From Perkinsus chesapeaki ATCC PRA-425 (Eukaryota > Protista > Perkinsozoa): a stretch of DNA of 64,000 bases. A program made the position numbers and the translations under genes. Of the stretch, positions 1 through 13,323 are shown in pieces. The DNA lies in assembly GCA_013115145.1 (NCBI GenBank), contig JAAPAO010000050.1, positions 38,784 through 102,783 on the forward strand. Reading direction: 5' to 3'. Position 1 is the first letter of the stretch. Every line of letters starts with the position of its first letter. Under the pieces are notes generated by a model that was given only the letters and a program-made list of their open reading frames with translations, searched no databases and had not been told where the DNA came from.

Positions 1-34
1 GTTGTGTTACACAACGGGATGAGGCATACACAAC

Positions 35-382
35 TTGTGTATCGAGGTGGATTGGTCGGCCTTCAACTGTCAAGGTGTCGTTGTGGCCGTTGCTAGGTGC
101 CTCATTCCGAGGCGCGGTGCCCTAGGCTGGTTGCACCTCCGAGAAAGCAGGTATAATCACTATGAACTCAAAAATGACGCATCAAGCAAAAGTGGTTACG
201 ATTTCTTGATCAATCGAACGGCGAGGCTTTGTTCGGCACCACTATATTTTGGTACTGGGGATCTCACCGAGTTCGAATATGATCAGAAAAGGGGTGTGTT
301 GGTTACCACTATTAACAACACTTCACATACTATGATTGCTGGTAGATGCCCCAAGTGGCCTTCTCCTAATGAGGAGGTATGA
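35..382 (+). CDS. Possible terminal exon of a hypothetical protein (gene may begin left of the window)
   Basis: 115-codon ORF with protein-like composition; no recognisable motif. Confidence 0.2.
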   Translation: MCIEVDWSAFNCQGVVVAVARCLIPRRGALGWLHLRESRYNHYELKNDASSKSGYDFLINRTARLCSAPLYFGTGDLTEFEYDQKRGVLVTTINNTSHTMIAGRCPKWPSPNEEV

Positions 383-2434
383 TATATTTAGCGCTTGCGT
401 AATTGCAGTGATTTTATGGATTTTATGGAGATGGTAGCTAATGGTATAGAGCTAATACCTTATTATCTATAGTTATGATCAGATTAGAAAACTGATTGAT
501 GGCGTTTTAATGCCAGTAAATCGTTATCAGACTTAATGTTAGTAAATAGTCGTTCCGTGTAGGAACCCCAATATTACAAGATTAGCTGTATGTGATGTGA
601 CCGATTACTTGTTGACGAATAGCTACGATGCCTTGTATGAGGCTTTGAGAACGCTTTATACTTAGGGTTTTTTTATTGTTACTGTTGCTCGGTCAACCAT
701 TATCACTACAAGCACTAGATGAGCGATCATCCATCTGGCAGAGCTAGTGTTGAGTTAGAAGAAGACGAAGCCTCGGTTCACGGTTCCGTCCATAGTCAGC
801 CCGAAGCCGTACCGCAACAGTAATCATACCCGGATGTGGTTTACCAGATTGGATCTGGTGACTCGTAAGTAATCCATATTTTACGAGAATCTTATCATCC
901 TACTCCACAAAGGACTATCATGACTCTTGACGGATGGTATTCTTCCTACTCGTTCACCACTAAAGATAGTCGATGATAGTCTGTGGAGAATTTACCGAGG
1001 TTACTGTTATAGGTGGCCTGGTGCTCACTACTCAATGTCTCTCAAATCGGAACTTTGACTCGCAATTTTCTTTGGATTTGGTCACTTCATCATCTCGTAT
1101 GGATAAGTGTAGTGCAGCCAGAGGCGGTTAGCTGGCTCGCACTCCGCGCTCTAAACTGAGCTCGCGACGCCGAATCTCTTTGCTTCCCTACCCTGTACGT
1201 GTTCTTGTGATGCGGATGCTCATTTTTGCTGATAGCTATACTTTTATTAACTTTGGTATTTCGATGCCTTACTTCACACTGGCCGGTGCTGGGGAGCGCT
1301 TGCCCGGCGCGTCGACCAGTCGAGTAGGTGTGATTGTCTCGTGCCCGTTGTATCTCTTTATAGTACTAAGCTGACATTTTCTGATGGTGAATCCTTCTTC
1401 GTCTAATGTCCCGACTGTTGGGTGTGCACCAGAAAACGATTGGCTTGATCCCGCTACGGCTACAGCATGCTCTTCCCCCGGGAATCGCGAGTCGGAACTG
1501 ATACATCCTTTTCAGCCCCTATAATGAGTGGTACAGTTGCTATTTTATTGGGTTTGGGTGTCGAGCCTTGAAACATAAGACGCCTTCGATCTGAATCACA
1601 TTGTAACTAAACCTTTGTCAAACATGAATGCTTATTGTCATTTTTGGGGAAGACATTGTTGCTTGAAAATTTGTCAAACTTGCTCGGGAATTAACTGTAA
1701 CGAGCAATATAAAATAGTAAGTATAATATGAGATGTTACATTTGAAACATATAGAGATGGATATGTGAATTGCACATTGTGCAACATTACATCTGATAGC
1801 GGCTCAAGTTATTGGGGAGAGCATCACAAATGGTCCTTCTGGCTCGCAGCGATCTGAAGACTTTGAGATCTGAAGACTTTAAGATTTCCACCACTCTGTC
1901 GATGTGTGGCTGCAATCGGTTGGGAGTGGCATCAGCATGCATCTATTCATAGGGTCACCGTATTAGGTTGTTAGTTATCTTTCCTGATTCCTCACTTTCG
2001 CAACTCAAAGGATGTTGAGCACGAACTCCTATAACACCTGAGAAAGTGCGAAGTTTTGTGCCTGAGTTCATTCCTGGACTCCAGAGTCTGGAGATGAAAT
2101 ATTCAGCCATTCCTGACGGTGCCAATGGGAGTACCAATAATGCTTGTGGTCTCTCATATCCATGGTTGACATCACTGGAGCTACGCTCTGGCTCACAACA
2201 CGGGAGGCGGTATGGTTGACAGAAGCACATTCATGAGCGTACTCACAGGTGAGAAAATATGCCTCAGAACATGACCACGAAATGGTCTAGATGGCAGTGA
2301 GCCCCACCATGAACCAATCCACTTAGTTCACTGTCGTTTACGCGGGTTATGTGGGTGACTACTTTACTACTTTCAACACTAACAAACATCAACCAATGCG
2401 AAAAAACGCAGTCTTATGTACCGATACGGTCGAC

Positions 2435-5400
2435 CTATAATTTCTCCTCGAGCCGCGCCGCCTGCACTTTAGCAATCAACTTCTGAACCTCTCCCCAGTA
2501 GTCAGACCACTCAGGAATGATCCGTCTCGCCATCTCGGTCTTGGGTTCCTTAGTTAAAGGATTCTGGCACAAATCGATGGTCTTAGCAGTTGCCTTGGCC
2601 TCCTCGCCACACCATGTCTCGCACCAAAGCCAATCAGCCGGCAAGGAATAAATATGAATCTGATGCTGAGCGTAGTTCGGCAAATCCTGGTCAAGATTGG
2701 CCAAAGAGTTTGGGTCTTGAGAAAGCTGGTTGTAAACTGCCCTCAAAGAGTCACCGGCACCAGTCTTCCTAAACCTTGCAAGATCAACCACGAAGAGTGC
2801 TGATATATGATACGGTCGGCCGGCAAGATGGTTCAGCCAGTAGCCCTGTTTCCAGAATCGGAATCCTTCCGTGGACGGGTTCGTGTCGCCCATAGGAGTG
2901 AAGCCGTAGACCTTCCCTTGCAGGTCCATATCCCACAGCTCCCTCACGTCAGCACGCACGACTTGATCAGCATCTATGAAAATTATGCGATTGACGCTAG
3001 GCGGGAAGAGGACGTCCAAGAACAGAATCTTATAGGCCCAAATCAGCCTTTGCTTCTCGGATTGCGGATTGAGCCAGGTCGGCCATTTATACGTCACAAA
3101 ACGATATTCGAAGTTGTACTCCTCAGCGAGTTGCGGAATGAACTCTCTGAACTGCGGGGAGAGGAATTGATCAACAAACCAGAAGCACAGTTTGCTTGTC
3201 GTGTGGTTCCGGACCGATAAGATCATCACCGCCAACAGCTGCTCGTAGAGGTGACCGGACGCGACCGTGAAAATGTGTATCGGGCCGTCATCATCCAGAT
3301 TGTCGTCTTGTTGGTCATATATCATCTCCCGACTCATTTCGGGTTTCAACCTCAACTTCACTGGGTAAGATGGCATCATAAATTTGTTAACATCCACAAC
3401 GTTGGTTCCCATCGCCTCGTAGACCTCTCTCCCCATCGTATCGGGCTTCAGCTGTATTGAATATCTTCCTGGATTGGCGAAGAGTTGGTAGTATCCCAGA
3501 TTTCGTATCACCCAAGTTTCAGCAAGTGGCTTGGAGGTAAGGTCCAGCAGCTGCAACTGAGCACCGTCCGCAGGCCCCCTCGGATGGCCATTAGCATCGA
3601 CATCATACGACTGACCCTCGACGTACAACTGCTTCAAAACATACCTGACAGGATGATGATACGCGTTGCTCCCCACCAGACTTACTGGGCTTCAACTATT
3701 TCTTCATCTGCCGGAGTTATTCTGATATTGTCCATATCAACTCTCCCCTTGCGACTGCTCACTTGCCAGTTCGGCAACACATCCATCCCCAGTGTCAAGG
3801 TGTTCCTTGAGGGCTCCAGGATGAACTCTGCCGCCCCTCCTGCCGTAACACTTCTATGCCAGCTCTTTAAAGGGTACTCTGAATACTTGTCCTGCGGTGT
3901 CAGGACCATTCGAGCGCCAAAACCGTCCAAGACGTCATTCAGATATTTAATCACCATCAAAGCGCTCCTACCAGAGTCGGTTAAAGGATCAATACTGGCC
4001 ACCATCTCCAATACTAAATTCCCGCGCGCCACTAAATTGAAAGCCGCCAGTGGGGTATTTTTAAACGACTTTTGCAGCCCTTCCTCCATCACTTCTCGAT
4101 GAGGATTCTCAACAGCGGCAATTGATTGAACGAAACTGTTCGCCACCGCGCACGCCAATGGCCCCAAACTTCCGCAATTTCCCTGCTCTGCCTTGTACGA
4201 CCCGAAAAGTGCCTCCACGAACTCCTCTAAAATTGGCTCAACCTTGGCTACGTCGAGCTCAAGCTTCTTCCCATTGACAATCATCGTCACTTCCGCAGCA
4301 TCACTCACCCCAGCCGCATGAATGAGCTCTCGAGCAGCCTTCATGGCATCGTCCGATGGAATCTTGCCACACTTGCTCATCTCGAAGTTCCTCAACGCAT
4401 CGAAGCTGTCCACACATCCCTGCAGCCTGCTATTAGTTGCGTCATCGGCTCCTAAAACTGTCATGATAGCGCCGGGGCGACCCTCCAAAAATTTTCCGAT
4501 TTTTTTAACAACCTCAATTTTCGACTCCACATTCTCCTTTCCACCGCCGACCACCACCATAACATGTAGCGGCGTCTCTACAGTTCCAGCTGCCATCAAA
4601 TGCGTCACGCGCCCCAAAATTCTCATCGGCAGCTGAACTGTGCTCTTCTCGTCGGTTTCGTCGGTGAATAATGCCGGATGATAGACCGAAGACAAGTACT
4701 TGACGCTTTTCTCGGGGAAAATAATCTCCCTTATGACGTCGTTAATCTCCTCATCTTCACTGTCCATATTCTCGTCCTTCTGTTTTTCAACATGTCTGGT
4801 GTACCATGCAGCTGCCAATGCCTGGAAATCCTCCCCAATAAACACAGCAGTGTCCGCCAAATTCTCGCTCACCAACCCGTTCACCACGACGCTCGGAAAG
4901 GGCAGACCCTTCGTCGCGGCCCACGCCTGTCCTCTCCTGACTATCTCCGGAACATCCTCTCCACTTTCCGGGAGTTCCTCCAGCAAGACATCCTCACAGA
5001 TCTTCTCGATGCTTTCAATCGTCATCACATCCTCTTCATCACCGTTTGCCGCCCGCACCAGCCCCGCCAGAAACTGCCGAACCTTCTTCATATCTTTCTT
5101 ACGTCCGCTCCCATAAACTTCACCGAAACACTCGGCGGCTCGCGCCCCCTCCGGCGTTCTTGTATCCGGCACCAGCGCTATCCTCGCTGGAAACGGCTGT
5201 GTCATTAGCCTGCCGACCGTTTCCAAGACTTGACTGCGATCAGATAGATCAATAAGAAAAATGATATCGAAAATAACTCTTTTTAGCGGAGCGATGCCTC
5301 TATGACCCATCATCAACATCTGAATGATGATATCCAAATCATCTCCCCAGCGGCTCGTTTGCGGATCTTTCAGAACATTATAAACATACGCCGGTCCGAC

Positions 5401-6902
5401 GCCATCCTCCTCCTCCACAGGTCGCCATTCCAACCGACCAGCAGACGCCACACGTGTTGCTCCTCTGACCATCTCTGCCGCCGCTGCCTCCGACATTCCA
5501 AGTACAACTAGCTCCTCCACGGCCAAATAAATCGGCATCAGCTTCTCCATAATCGGATGAAGCTTTATCATATTTTCATCCATAGGTTCGCCCGAACTCA
5601 ACAAATACGCTCCGGCCTGGGGAACCTTTGCAAGCTCAGCCACTTGCTCTTTGGCCGCACTGCTCACTGTCGCCTCGCTCAGTTCGACGACCCTCCCCGG
5701 AAAATTCCTCAAAATTTCAATTGCTTCAGAAATATTACCACTAGCAGCTTCCAAAAACTGTGCTCCGACCGAAGTCAATTCCCAGGCCTTCAATTTCCGA
5801 TCTGCCGGACTCAACAACTTTTCCATTTTAAGATTCACCTTCGCCTTGGAGAAATCAACATCCGGATATCTCTCCTGCAACCTGCCCCAACACACCCCCG
5901 CCTCACCACATCCGCCGTCGCTTTGCTCCTCGAGCTCGGTCTTGTCACTCTCCGAATCCGCTGAAGCCTTGTATTCGGAGTTCTTTATCGTCAGCCCCAC
6001 ACCGTACCCAGCGATTGCCTCCCGAGGCTTAGCAGCGACATTTCCACCACCGTCACCGTGACGGAACAGGACCCTGCAGCTCTCGCAGCAATTTTCGGTA
6101 AGAGATTTCAGAACTGCAACCGACGAGAGGCTCCTCGCTTCCCCGTAGACGACCGCAGTCGTCACAGAATCTGAAAAAAGTTCTATTCTAGCGGCAGCTT
6201 CGTCCCATTTTCTATGAAATTCCCCCACCGGAATTCGGCGGCCCGATTGCGGTAATAACTATCCATTGCTGGTGAAACGCGCAACCGAAAGCAAGGTTAT
6301 AAACAAATCATCCGGGACACCTCTATCTCCTCCTTGCAGTCGTATACATGCGTTTTGTACGCTGTTAAAGCAGCAGCAGCAGCCAGAATCACATACAAGA
6401 CAGAACCCCCAAGGAGTGAACCCAACGCCCGTCGCCCCGATGCTTTACCTTCGTCACTCCCCCCTCTCTGAATCTCAATCCCTTCGAATTCTTTACTGCT
6501 GGCATTCTGAGATCTCTCCACCACACAGATATCTTCAGCCAGACAACCACTCTTCAAACCGTTCCCGTCAACCTCGACCACCACCGGGGTGTCCCTGTCG
6601 CACTCACGTCGAGCAAATCGATCGAATGATCGATAATATTCCACCATCGGTGAGAAGCATCGATTCTCTACCATAACCTTCAATAACGACTTCGCGTTCT
6701 GGCTCTTCAGCAACTTCTCCGCGGTAATATTCGTAGTGAGATACTCGCGGGCCTGATCCCCTCCCAAATGCGACAAGAATTCAACCGTTTGGGACTCCTC
6801 CTTAACCATCGGCCACGACGATTCCAGCGAGACCTTCACAGTGTGACTGTTAAGAACATCAGCGCCGATGAGGCACACGATGCAGAGATAATCCAATCTC
6901 AT
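2435..6902 (-). CDS. UGGT: UDP-glucose:glycoprotein glucosyltransferase, spliced
   Basis: GT24 catalytic motifs IHIFTVASGHLYE, YKWPTWL, WAYKILFLDVLFP, FIDADQVVRAD, LANLDQDLPN, WLWCETWC, TIDLCQNPLTKEPK. N-terminal signal peptide and GYGVGLTIKNSEYK motif. A 41-nt GT-AG intron at 3645-3685 joins EAQ|YVLKQ in frame; further short introns lie near 6260-6450. Confidence 0.96.
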
Positions 6903-7671
6903 AGTTATAAAAACTGAGACGCGGGAACACAGAGTTTAAAGGACGAATTCGAAGCATTCTCCAAACTCCACCTATATGCCTATTCTCACGGCAAGCAAGG
7001 CTCCGCTGTGATCCAAAGCCTCGGGTACTCCCCCGTAACTCAGCAACATCGATGGTGATGAAAACCCCGTGAAAGGGGGACAATAAAATCTCATAAGGCA
7101 CATCGCATTAGCGCCTAAGCCTCAGCCTACCAAAACGATCACCTCTACAAACCCAACTCGGCCCTCAGCTCCCCAGAGACCCTCTGCATCTGAGCTAGCG
7201 TACCCGTGGTGATTCTGATGAAACCTGGGAATCTTCCGTGGATGTCCCTGAAGAAATGAAATCAAGCATCGCCATATAGAGCCCTAGTAGAACAAATACA
7301 CGATGTACTTATAACGCTATGCCGACAGATGCTTTAGCACTGAGATTGGTGAAGCCATGCTATAAACTGCTTAGGTACATAATTAAAGCCTTACACTCTT
7401 CTGTCAAGCATTATTAAAAGCAGATTCGAGTTTCCCTTCAATTTGTAAATATAATATTAAATTAACTATATAACATATACACTGCGACTGGTCAAATTCT
7501 CATCAAGGGTGTAAGAACCAACGAGTTCCCCAAGGATATGTTCCAAATACGTCTACGCTCCAAGTTTCAGAGCCAAACTCCTTATCGGTAATTAAGAAAG
7601 CTGGGCAGAATCGGTCTGGTGGTATAATCCTTCTCTCACAGCTACAATTCATCTTATTGCACGATAAATAC

Positions 7672-10405
7672 CTATTTATCGATCAAATCGAGTATCTCCA
7701 GTGAATGCTTTACCGAGCATGCCACAGAGCGACACGGAAGGGTAGGAAAACTACGTCACGTCTCAGGCTGCTGCTTGCCCGACGCCCCGAAGAAAATGCC
7801 CCTGCCAAGATTCGAACCCACGCCCTTCTACTACCTCAAAAATATGTCCCTCTTAGTCATCCTTTCGACTATATCCACCGGTGACACGCCCTCAGGCATC
7901 TTTACACACAGGAAATTGCCGCCACCTGCCTTCGCCTCGAGCCCCGCCTTCTGCAGATCCTCCACAAGCCAGTCACGAGCCTCGCAGACCTCCTTGGCAT
8001 ACGCCATATAAAAATCACGATTCTTGAGTGCCTCCGATGCGGCCAACTGTGCCAGCATGTTCACCGACTTGGTGTTATATAATTTTTTCATCTCTAAACA
8101 GACAAATATATCTTTTTGCTCGCATGCACACATCGACCTACCTCCGATAAGATCTTCATGAGCCATCAGGAACCCAATTCGGAGCGCCGCCAAGCCGAAA
8201 CATTTCGAAAACGTGCGAGTGACGATGAGATTCGGCAACTTCTGGACAAGACTAGCTGACGACGGCAATCTCGCAAACTCGTGATACGCTTCATCTGACA
8301 GTAAAACACAAACCTGAATGCTCTCCCGAGCTGTAGGGGACACCACAGAGTCCCCTGCCTAAGAAATTGTCGATCCAATACCGCTAAGTTATCACACTAC
8401 CAATCCTGACTGGTAATATGCCAATTCACCCTTGCCTGCCGAAACTGCTCGTGCTTGCACCGTCGAAGATCAAGTAGGATACAAGCGGCATTTTGCGAGC
8501 GTCAGAGTTTCGCGGCTAAGCAAAGCTGATAGTTCTACGTCACAAAACGGTAATCGAAGTTGTACTCCTCAGCGAGTCGCGGGATAAACTCTCTGAACTG
8601 GGGGGGGAGAGGAATTGATCAACAAACTAGAAGAACAGTTCGCTTCTGGTTAGGGTTTTCGTTAGTGAAACTGAGGAAAATCATATTCTCTTGGACGGTC
8701 TCCTATTAACGTCACGATTTCCTTCCAATTCAAAGACTATCATTTTCACCCTTCTTACCGGCAATAATAACCCTTCCAGGATTCTCCTTGCAAACCTTCT
8801 CTATGAAATCAGGATGCCATTCCGTACCTGTCACGCGCCACGAAACTCTGCTATCTATCACACAGTTGTCGCCTTACCAGTCGGATTGTTCGGGGATATC
8901 AAATAAACCACCTTCGGGTCCACCTCGGCGATTTTTCCCCTCAACTCATCTGAGCAAGAACATTCTCATCTTCCCTAGCTTGGCCAACTTTCCCACTTTC
9001 ATCGTTCTTGAACGGATCCTTCAACTCCATTTTCACATGTTGGGCGTGACAGCCATCTATAAAAATACCAACCTGAATCACAGCACACTTCCGGCGGCGC
9101 CTCAGTGACATAGAATATATGCTCTCTGCTTTCTCTTAGACCAGTCCGCCGGACTGGACCAGTCCGGACTAAGTCCGGAAGTTCCCCCGCCGAGTAGCCA
9201 TGCACTCCCTTATGTTGAAGGGGGCAAAAAAGTTACAGAAATTCCATCGAAAATTTTTTCCGGTAAGATATTTTAACAAACCTATGCAGCCATTCTCGGT
9301 TTGTCCATCACAGCTGTCATTGGCGAAAGACATTCGGCTGCCCGACAAACCTCACACTATTCCCACACAGATTGCTATTTGATAGCGACGCCGACCTCTT
9401 CGATAAAATGCACGAATCTCCGAATTGAATTAGCAAGCAGTAGAATCCTTTTATTACTACCTGGGGATAGCTCGGTTGAGGGACCAAAGCCTTGTCGCCG
9501 GGAGCCAGGAACGTATCCATGATCAAACGAAGACCGTCGTCGCTGAGGGAGCAGAATTGTTGACTACATCTATGCTATGGAAGGAAAACACTTCAAACAC
9601 TTAAGCGCACAACTCACGGGCATATTTATCCCTCCGGGAAGATACCTCCGCAAAAGCAAGAAGACTTATTTTATTGATATATATAATATAGGATATAGAA
9701 CTAGTAATATAATAACACTAATACTACATCCGTAAGACTAACGTAAGCCGCTATGACGTCCAAGGAAGTAGTCTATATCCTGTTATCGAGAAGCAGTGCT
9801 ATCGACCTATTAATAGAGCAAGGAGGATACGATAGTTGCTTTGGTATTATACATAATACATGATTAATATGATATTTTAATTTTAATTTCCAACCCTCCC
9901 CCCAGCACTACCTTCCATTATTAACAAGAATATGCTTCCTGTTTAGATTAACATGCTTGGTAATCTCCTCCATACAAGCATCACCGCCCAAGCTAGGATA
10001 CCACGGCAAAGTTAGACGACCATCCTGCGACTGCAGGAAGGATAGTAACCTATTCGTTACAGCCGCCGGAGGAGCCACTGTGGCCTGAGGGATTATTGAT
10101 TCTGTCAGCATTGGTGTACATCTTCATGTCTTAGGGAGGGATGAATTACTCAATCGATGGTTCGATTCCCAGCCTAGTCAGTTTTCTTCGCATTTATTCA
10201 GCCACTCATCACTATCATATTCTCTACGTATCCAAGCTTGAAGCTCGCAAGATACTACATAGGTCACCTTCCCGCTAATACTACCTCGTTGTAATCCAAT
10301 TTAAGTGCGGCCTTCAAATCTTTACTATCTCTTAACACCTGATTCAGACTATCTGGAGGAGAGTAGACCTTAACATGCGACAGAGGCGCCACTGGACGAC
10401 CCCCG
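7672..10405 (-). CDS. hisC: Histidinol-phosphate aminotransferase-like class II PLP enzyme, multi-exon; ends approximate
   Basis: Exons give LKLDYNE|ATVAPP, ILVNNG|SDDGLRLIMDTFLAPGDKALVPQPSYP, KVVYLISPNNPTG, IIA|DEAYHEF, LIVTRTFSKCFGLAALRIG and GNFLCV, in canonical HisC order with GT-AG junctions. Confidence 0.88.
8536..8645 (-). pseudogene. 110-bp decayed copy of UGGT catalytic exon (3090-3197) inside hisC intron 8295-8758
   Basis: Manual alignment: 9 substitutions in 108 nt, including TGG->TAG, plus a 2-nt insertion in a G run; same orientation as the source. Confidence 0.88.
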
Positions 10406-11170
10406 CTGGAACCAGAAAAACGACGAATGCCGACGCGAAGCATTTAAATCGATGGACAAAGAAATGCCTGAATCGCCGAGCTCAATCAACGGCCGGCCTA
10501 CCAGTCCCACATATCAAACCTAGCTCACAACCTCCGAACTCTATTACAGGACATCGCGCTAGTGGGAAGACAGTTTACATCCTAACTTACACTGCGACGG
10601 CACCACCTCCCCGACAAGACGACCATGAAGCTGCTAATTGCTAACAGGGGATACTCACGATGTTCCTCGATGGTAACAAAGCATAATACCCGAATACGGT
10701 GAATAATGCAAACCCCAAACTACAAAGCTGCATACGCACTAGTGTATCGATGAACGTGTATATTATCAACAACGAGAAAAAAGTTTTCCACAACAGTACT
10801 TATAATACTACTATAATACTTACTATAAAAATTTTTAACAGACATAATCGGGGTCGACTCGGTAAGACTGCCGGCGCGTCTCCTCAGATTCTTACGGGTG
10901 CGACGGTATCGCCACCCAACCACCCGAGGATGAGGACTAGGGCCAAGTGACGAATTACAGTCTACTCAAGCTCCATCAGTTTCTATAGTACCTACCAGAA
11001 AACCCGAAACCCAAAAACCCGATTAAACTAAAACCCAACAACCGTTCTCTTCCTAAGACTGACTACCCTCACTTCTCAATAATAAAAATAACATGACTTT
11101 TGTAGCACAGAAGAGGGAAATTAGAAGACACTCATCACCGTCAAGGTCGCGGGTTCAATCCTCGGGAGCT

Positions 11171-13323
11171 CTATTTTTTCGACACAGCCTGACCACCAGA
11201 GGTCCCAAGACCCATCATAGTCTTCCAGGCGTCATAGATATACCACTGCAAACCGGTAAGAGTACCAATCATAATAATACGCGTTCCTGAAGTATCCAAA
11301 ATCTCCACAGTGCGGAGCTATCCGACCCACCTAATCCCTTCATGAAAAGATTCTTCAATCCTTGCTCCGAGGCCATCTGCCCAAAGCTCTTGCCTTGGTT
11401 CTCAACCTTACCTGAGCCCATGAGTTAATAGCTAGCAGGAATAAAAGTGGGGAAAAATCCCTCGGACAGTGGGGGAAAATCTACCATATTTCCCCCGAGA
11501 AATGCCATATTTCCCCCGAAGCTCAAAGGCCTTCTCACCGAACCACCAAAAGGTTCCTCTAAAACATGCACTAACTTTCTCACATATGTTGATTCAGATA
11601 TCGACGATCTCACATCGTCCCTCCTATGTCGGGCAAGAAGGGAATCTTTTCGGAATATTCCCAAACTTCTGGAAGAAATTCGGTAATGCGATAAGGAACT
11701 TGCCCGGCTCAGATGGAGGTTGCCAGCCAGTCAAAAACAGAGTACGGCGGATACACTTCACACCCATCTCTCACCCATTTGCGAGACCAAATTGTCAGCC
11801 GGCTGGGAGACAATTGCACAGAAAACACCAGCGATGTAGCCCGAGGCGAAAGTAATGCCAAGCTGGGTTCCCTTAGAGTAAGAATCTCTAGGGTTGGTGA
11901 AGACGTGCTTGTAGAACTTCTCAACACAGTACTCGAACCCGACAAACTTCGCCACGGTATACCTGAATCAATTAGGAACATCGCCAGAAACAAACGATGA
12001 TATGAGCGAGACAGCCAAACAGCCCATAGCACAATAAATGCTATTAATTATACAGGGCGCATCAAGGTGAGAGATATAAACAAAATGGCGGAGAAGAGCT
12101 TAATTATGTGTACTATATAGAAAACTACACCGATACAGAATAGGAACAAGAACGCAGAAATTAAATCCACTTAGCAGCGAGCCTAAAATAAGATTAGTTC
12201 GATATCTACAGCTCTATTACGTTTTAACATAATTTACCATTCTCAACAAGCCTTCCCTCCCCTTACGGTATCTGTCTCGACCACAGCGGCACAACACTTC
12301 CAAACGGGAATCTAGTCTCCGCCTTGGTAGCGTTCATCTGCTTCAATGCCGCACCAAAAGCGGTCGGGAACGTCCCAGGTGGGGATGTCTGCACTTTAAC
12401 TTTAATCATTTCCATCGGACAAAGAGCTATGTCGGCAAAGAACTCCGCAGACGCACTCGCACCCGCCCATACGAAGGCTCGGTATCTAATAAATAACAAA
12501 AAGCATTGTTCAACTCATTTCATATAAGAGAATGAAAGATTCCCCAGAGCAACCTCAATCCGACCTCAAGATACGCCACTGAAATCACATACCGCGATCA
12601 TCGCTATGAAACTGTCATCTGGCATTTCCAATAGAAGACACTTCCCCTTACTTGGTAGCATTCTCCTGACCGAGCATGTTAGCATAGAGATCCTTGAAGA
12701 CCTCGTTCAAGCCAAACTTGAACATGCCTTGGAAATGGTAACCAATACAAGTAGGCTCCCATCCCTTGATAAGCATTCTGGCACCTAACAAGAATATATA
12801 AACAAAAATCGCTTCGCTCCGCTAACACCGGTATTGCCAATAAACTCATGTCTGGAAGGCAGAGTTCTTCACCACGCAGTTGCATTTCCGCGCAAAATTT
12901 TTCAAATCTTCAAATCCACATTTTGCCATTTGAAAGAGACGAACAATACCATTTCCCAAACTTCGCGCGAAACCTCGCCAATGAAATTTTGGCAGGTTTA
13001 GAAAATTTTTCAGAAACGATGAAACTCACCTTCTTCAGATGCAATGGTACGAATGCCCGAGATCAAGCTTCTGTACTTAGATGGGTTAACCTGACGACAC
13101 AAAATATCTGCACGCATGCGCAACCCACCGTGCTCACCTGCATGTTGCACTTGACAACATCGAGCGGAGTAACTGCGGTGTGGGTAAGCCCGCAGGCCAA
13201 GGCTCCGCCGGCCAGGCACTTGGCGTAATAGGAGTTATTGTGCGGGATCGCCGGGTTGGCGTAGCGAGCATCCCAGGCGGCAGCAGCAGCTGGCTTGGAC
13301 GATGATGAGCTCTTGGCGGACAT
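11171..13323 (-). CDS. SLC25A3: Mitochondrial phosphate carrier (SLC25A3/Mir1 family), spliced
   Basis: GGALACGLTHTAVTPLDVVKCNMQ, SASAEFFADIALCPMEMIKVKVQT, VPLWSRQIP, GYIAGVFCAIVSQPADNLVS, GLGTRIIMIGTLTGLQWYIYDAWK. Confidence 0.96.

Noticed and set aside
1801-1808. ggctcaag resembling the 3' end of the dinoflagellate/Perkinsus spliced leader
   Set aside because: Only 8 nt match, without the upstream CCGTAGCCAT or an adjacent SL RNA structure.
2590-5964. Numerous long plus-strand ORFs antisense to UGGT (likewise opposite CDC5 and at 24558-25061)
   Set aside because: Shadow ORFs expected opposite long coding exons; no motifs.
6360-6450. Apparent transmembrane segment (ALGSLLGGSVLYVILAAAAALT) in the UGGT N-terminal ORF
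   Set aside because: Bounded by gaag|gtaaag and ttaacag|cg in the same phase: an in-frame intron read through by the ORF finder.
7801-7828. GGTTCGAATC tRNA T-loop motif (minus strand); also GGTTCGATTCCC at 10159
   Set aside because: No T-stem pairing or cloverleaf; at most B-box-like or SINE-like remnants in hisC introns.
10995-11040. aaaccc-rich tract as an interstitial telomere
   Set aside because: Too short and irregular; no regular heptamer or hexamer array.
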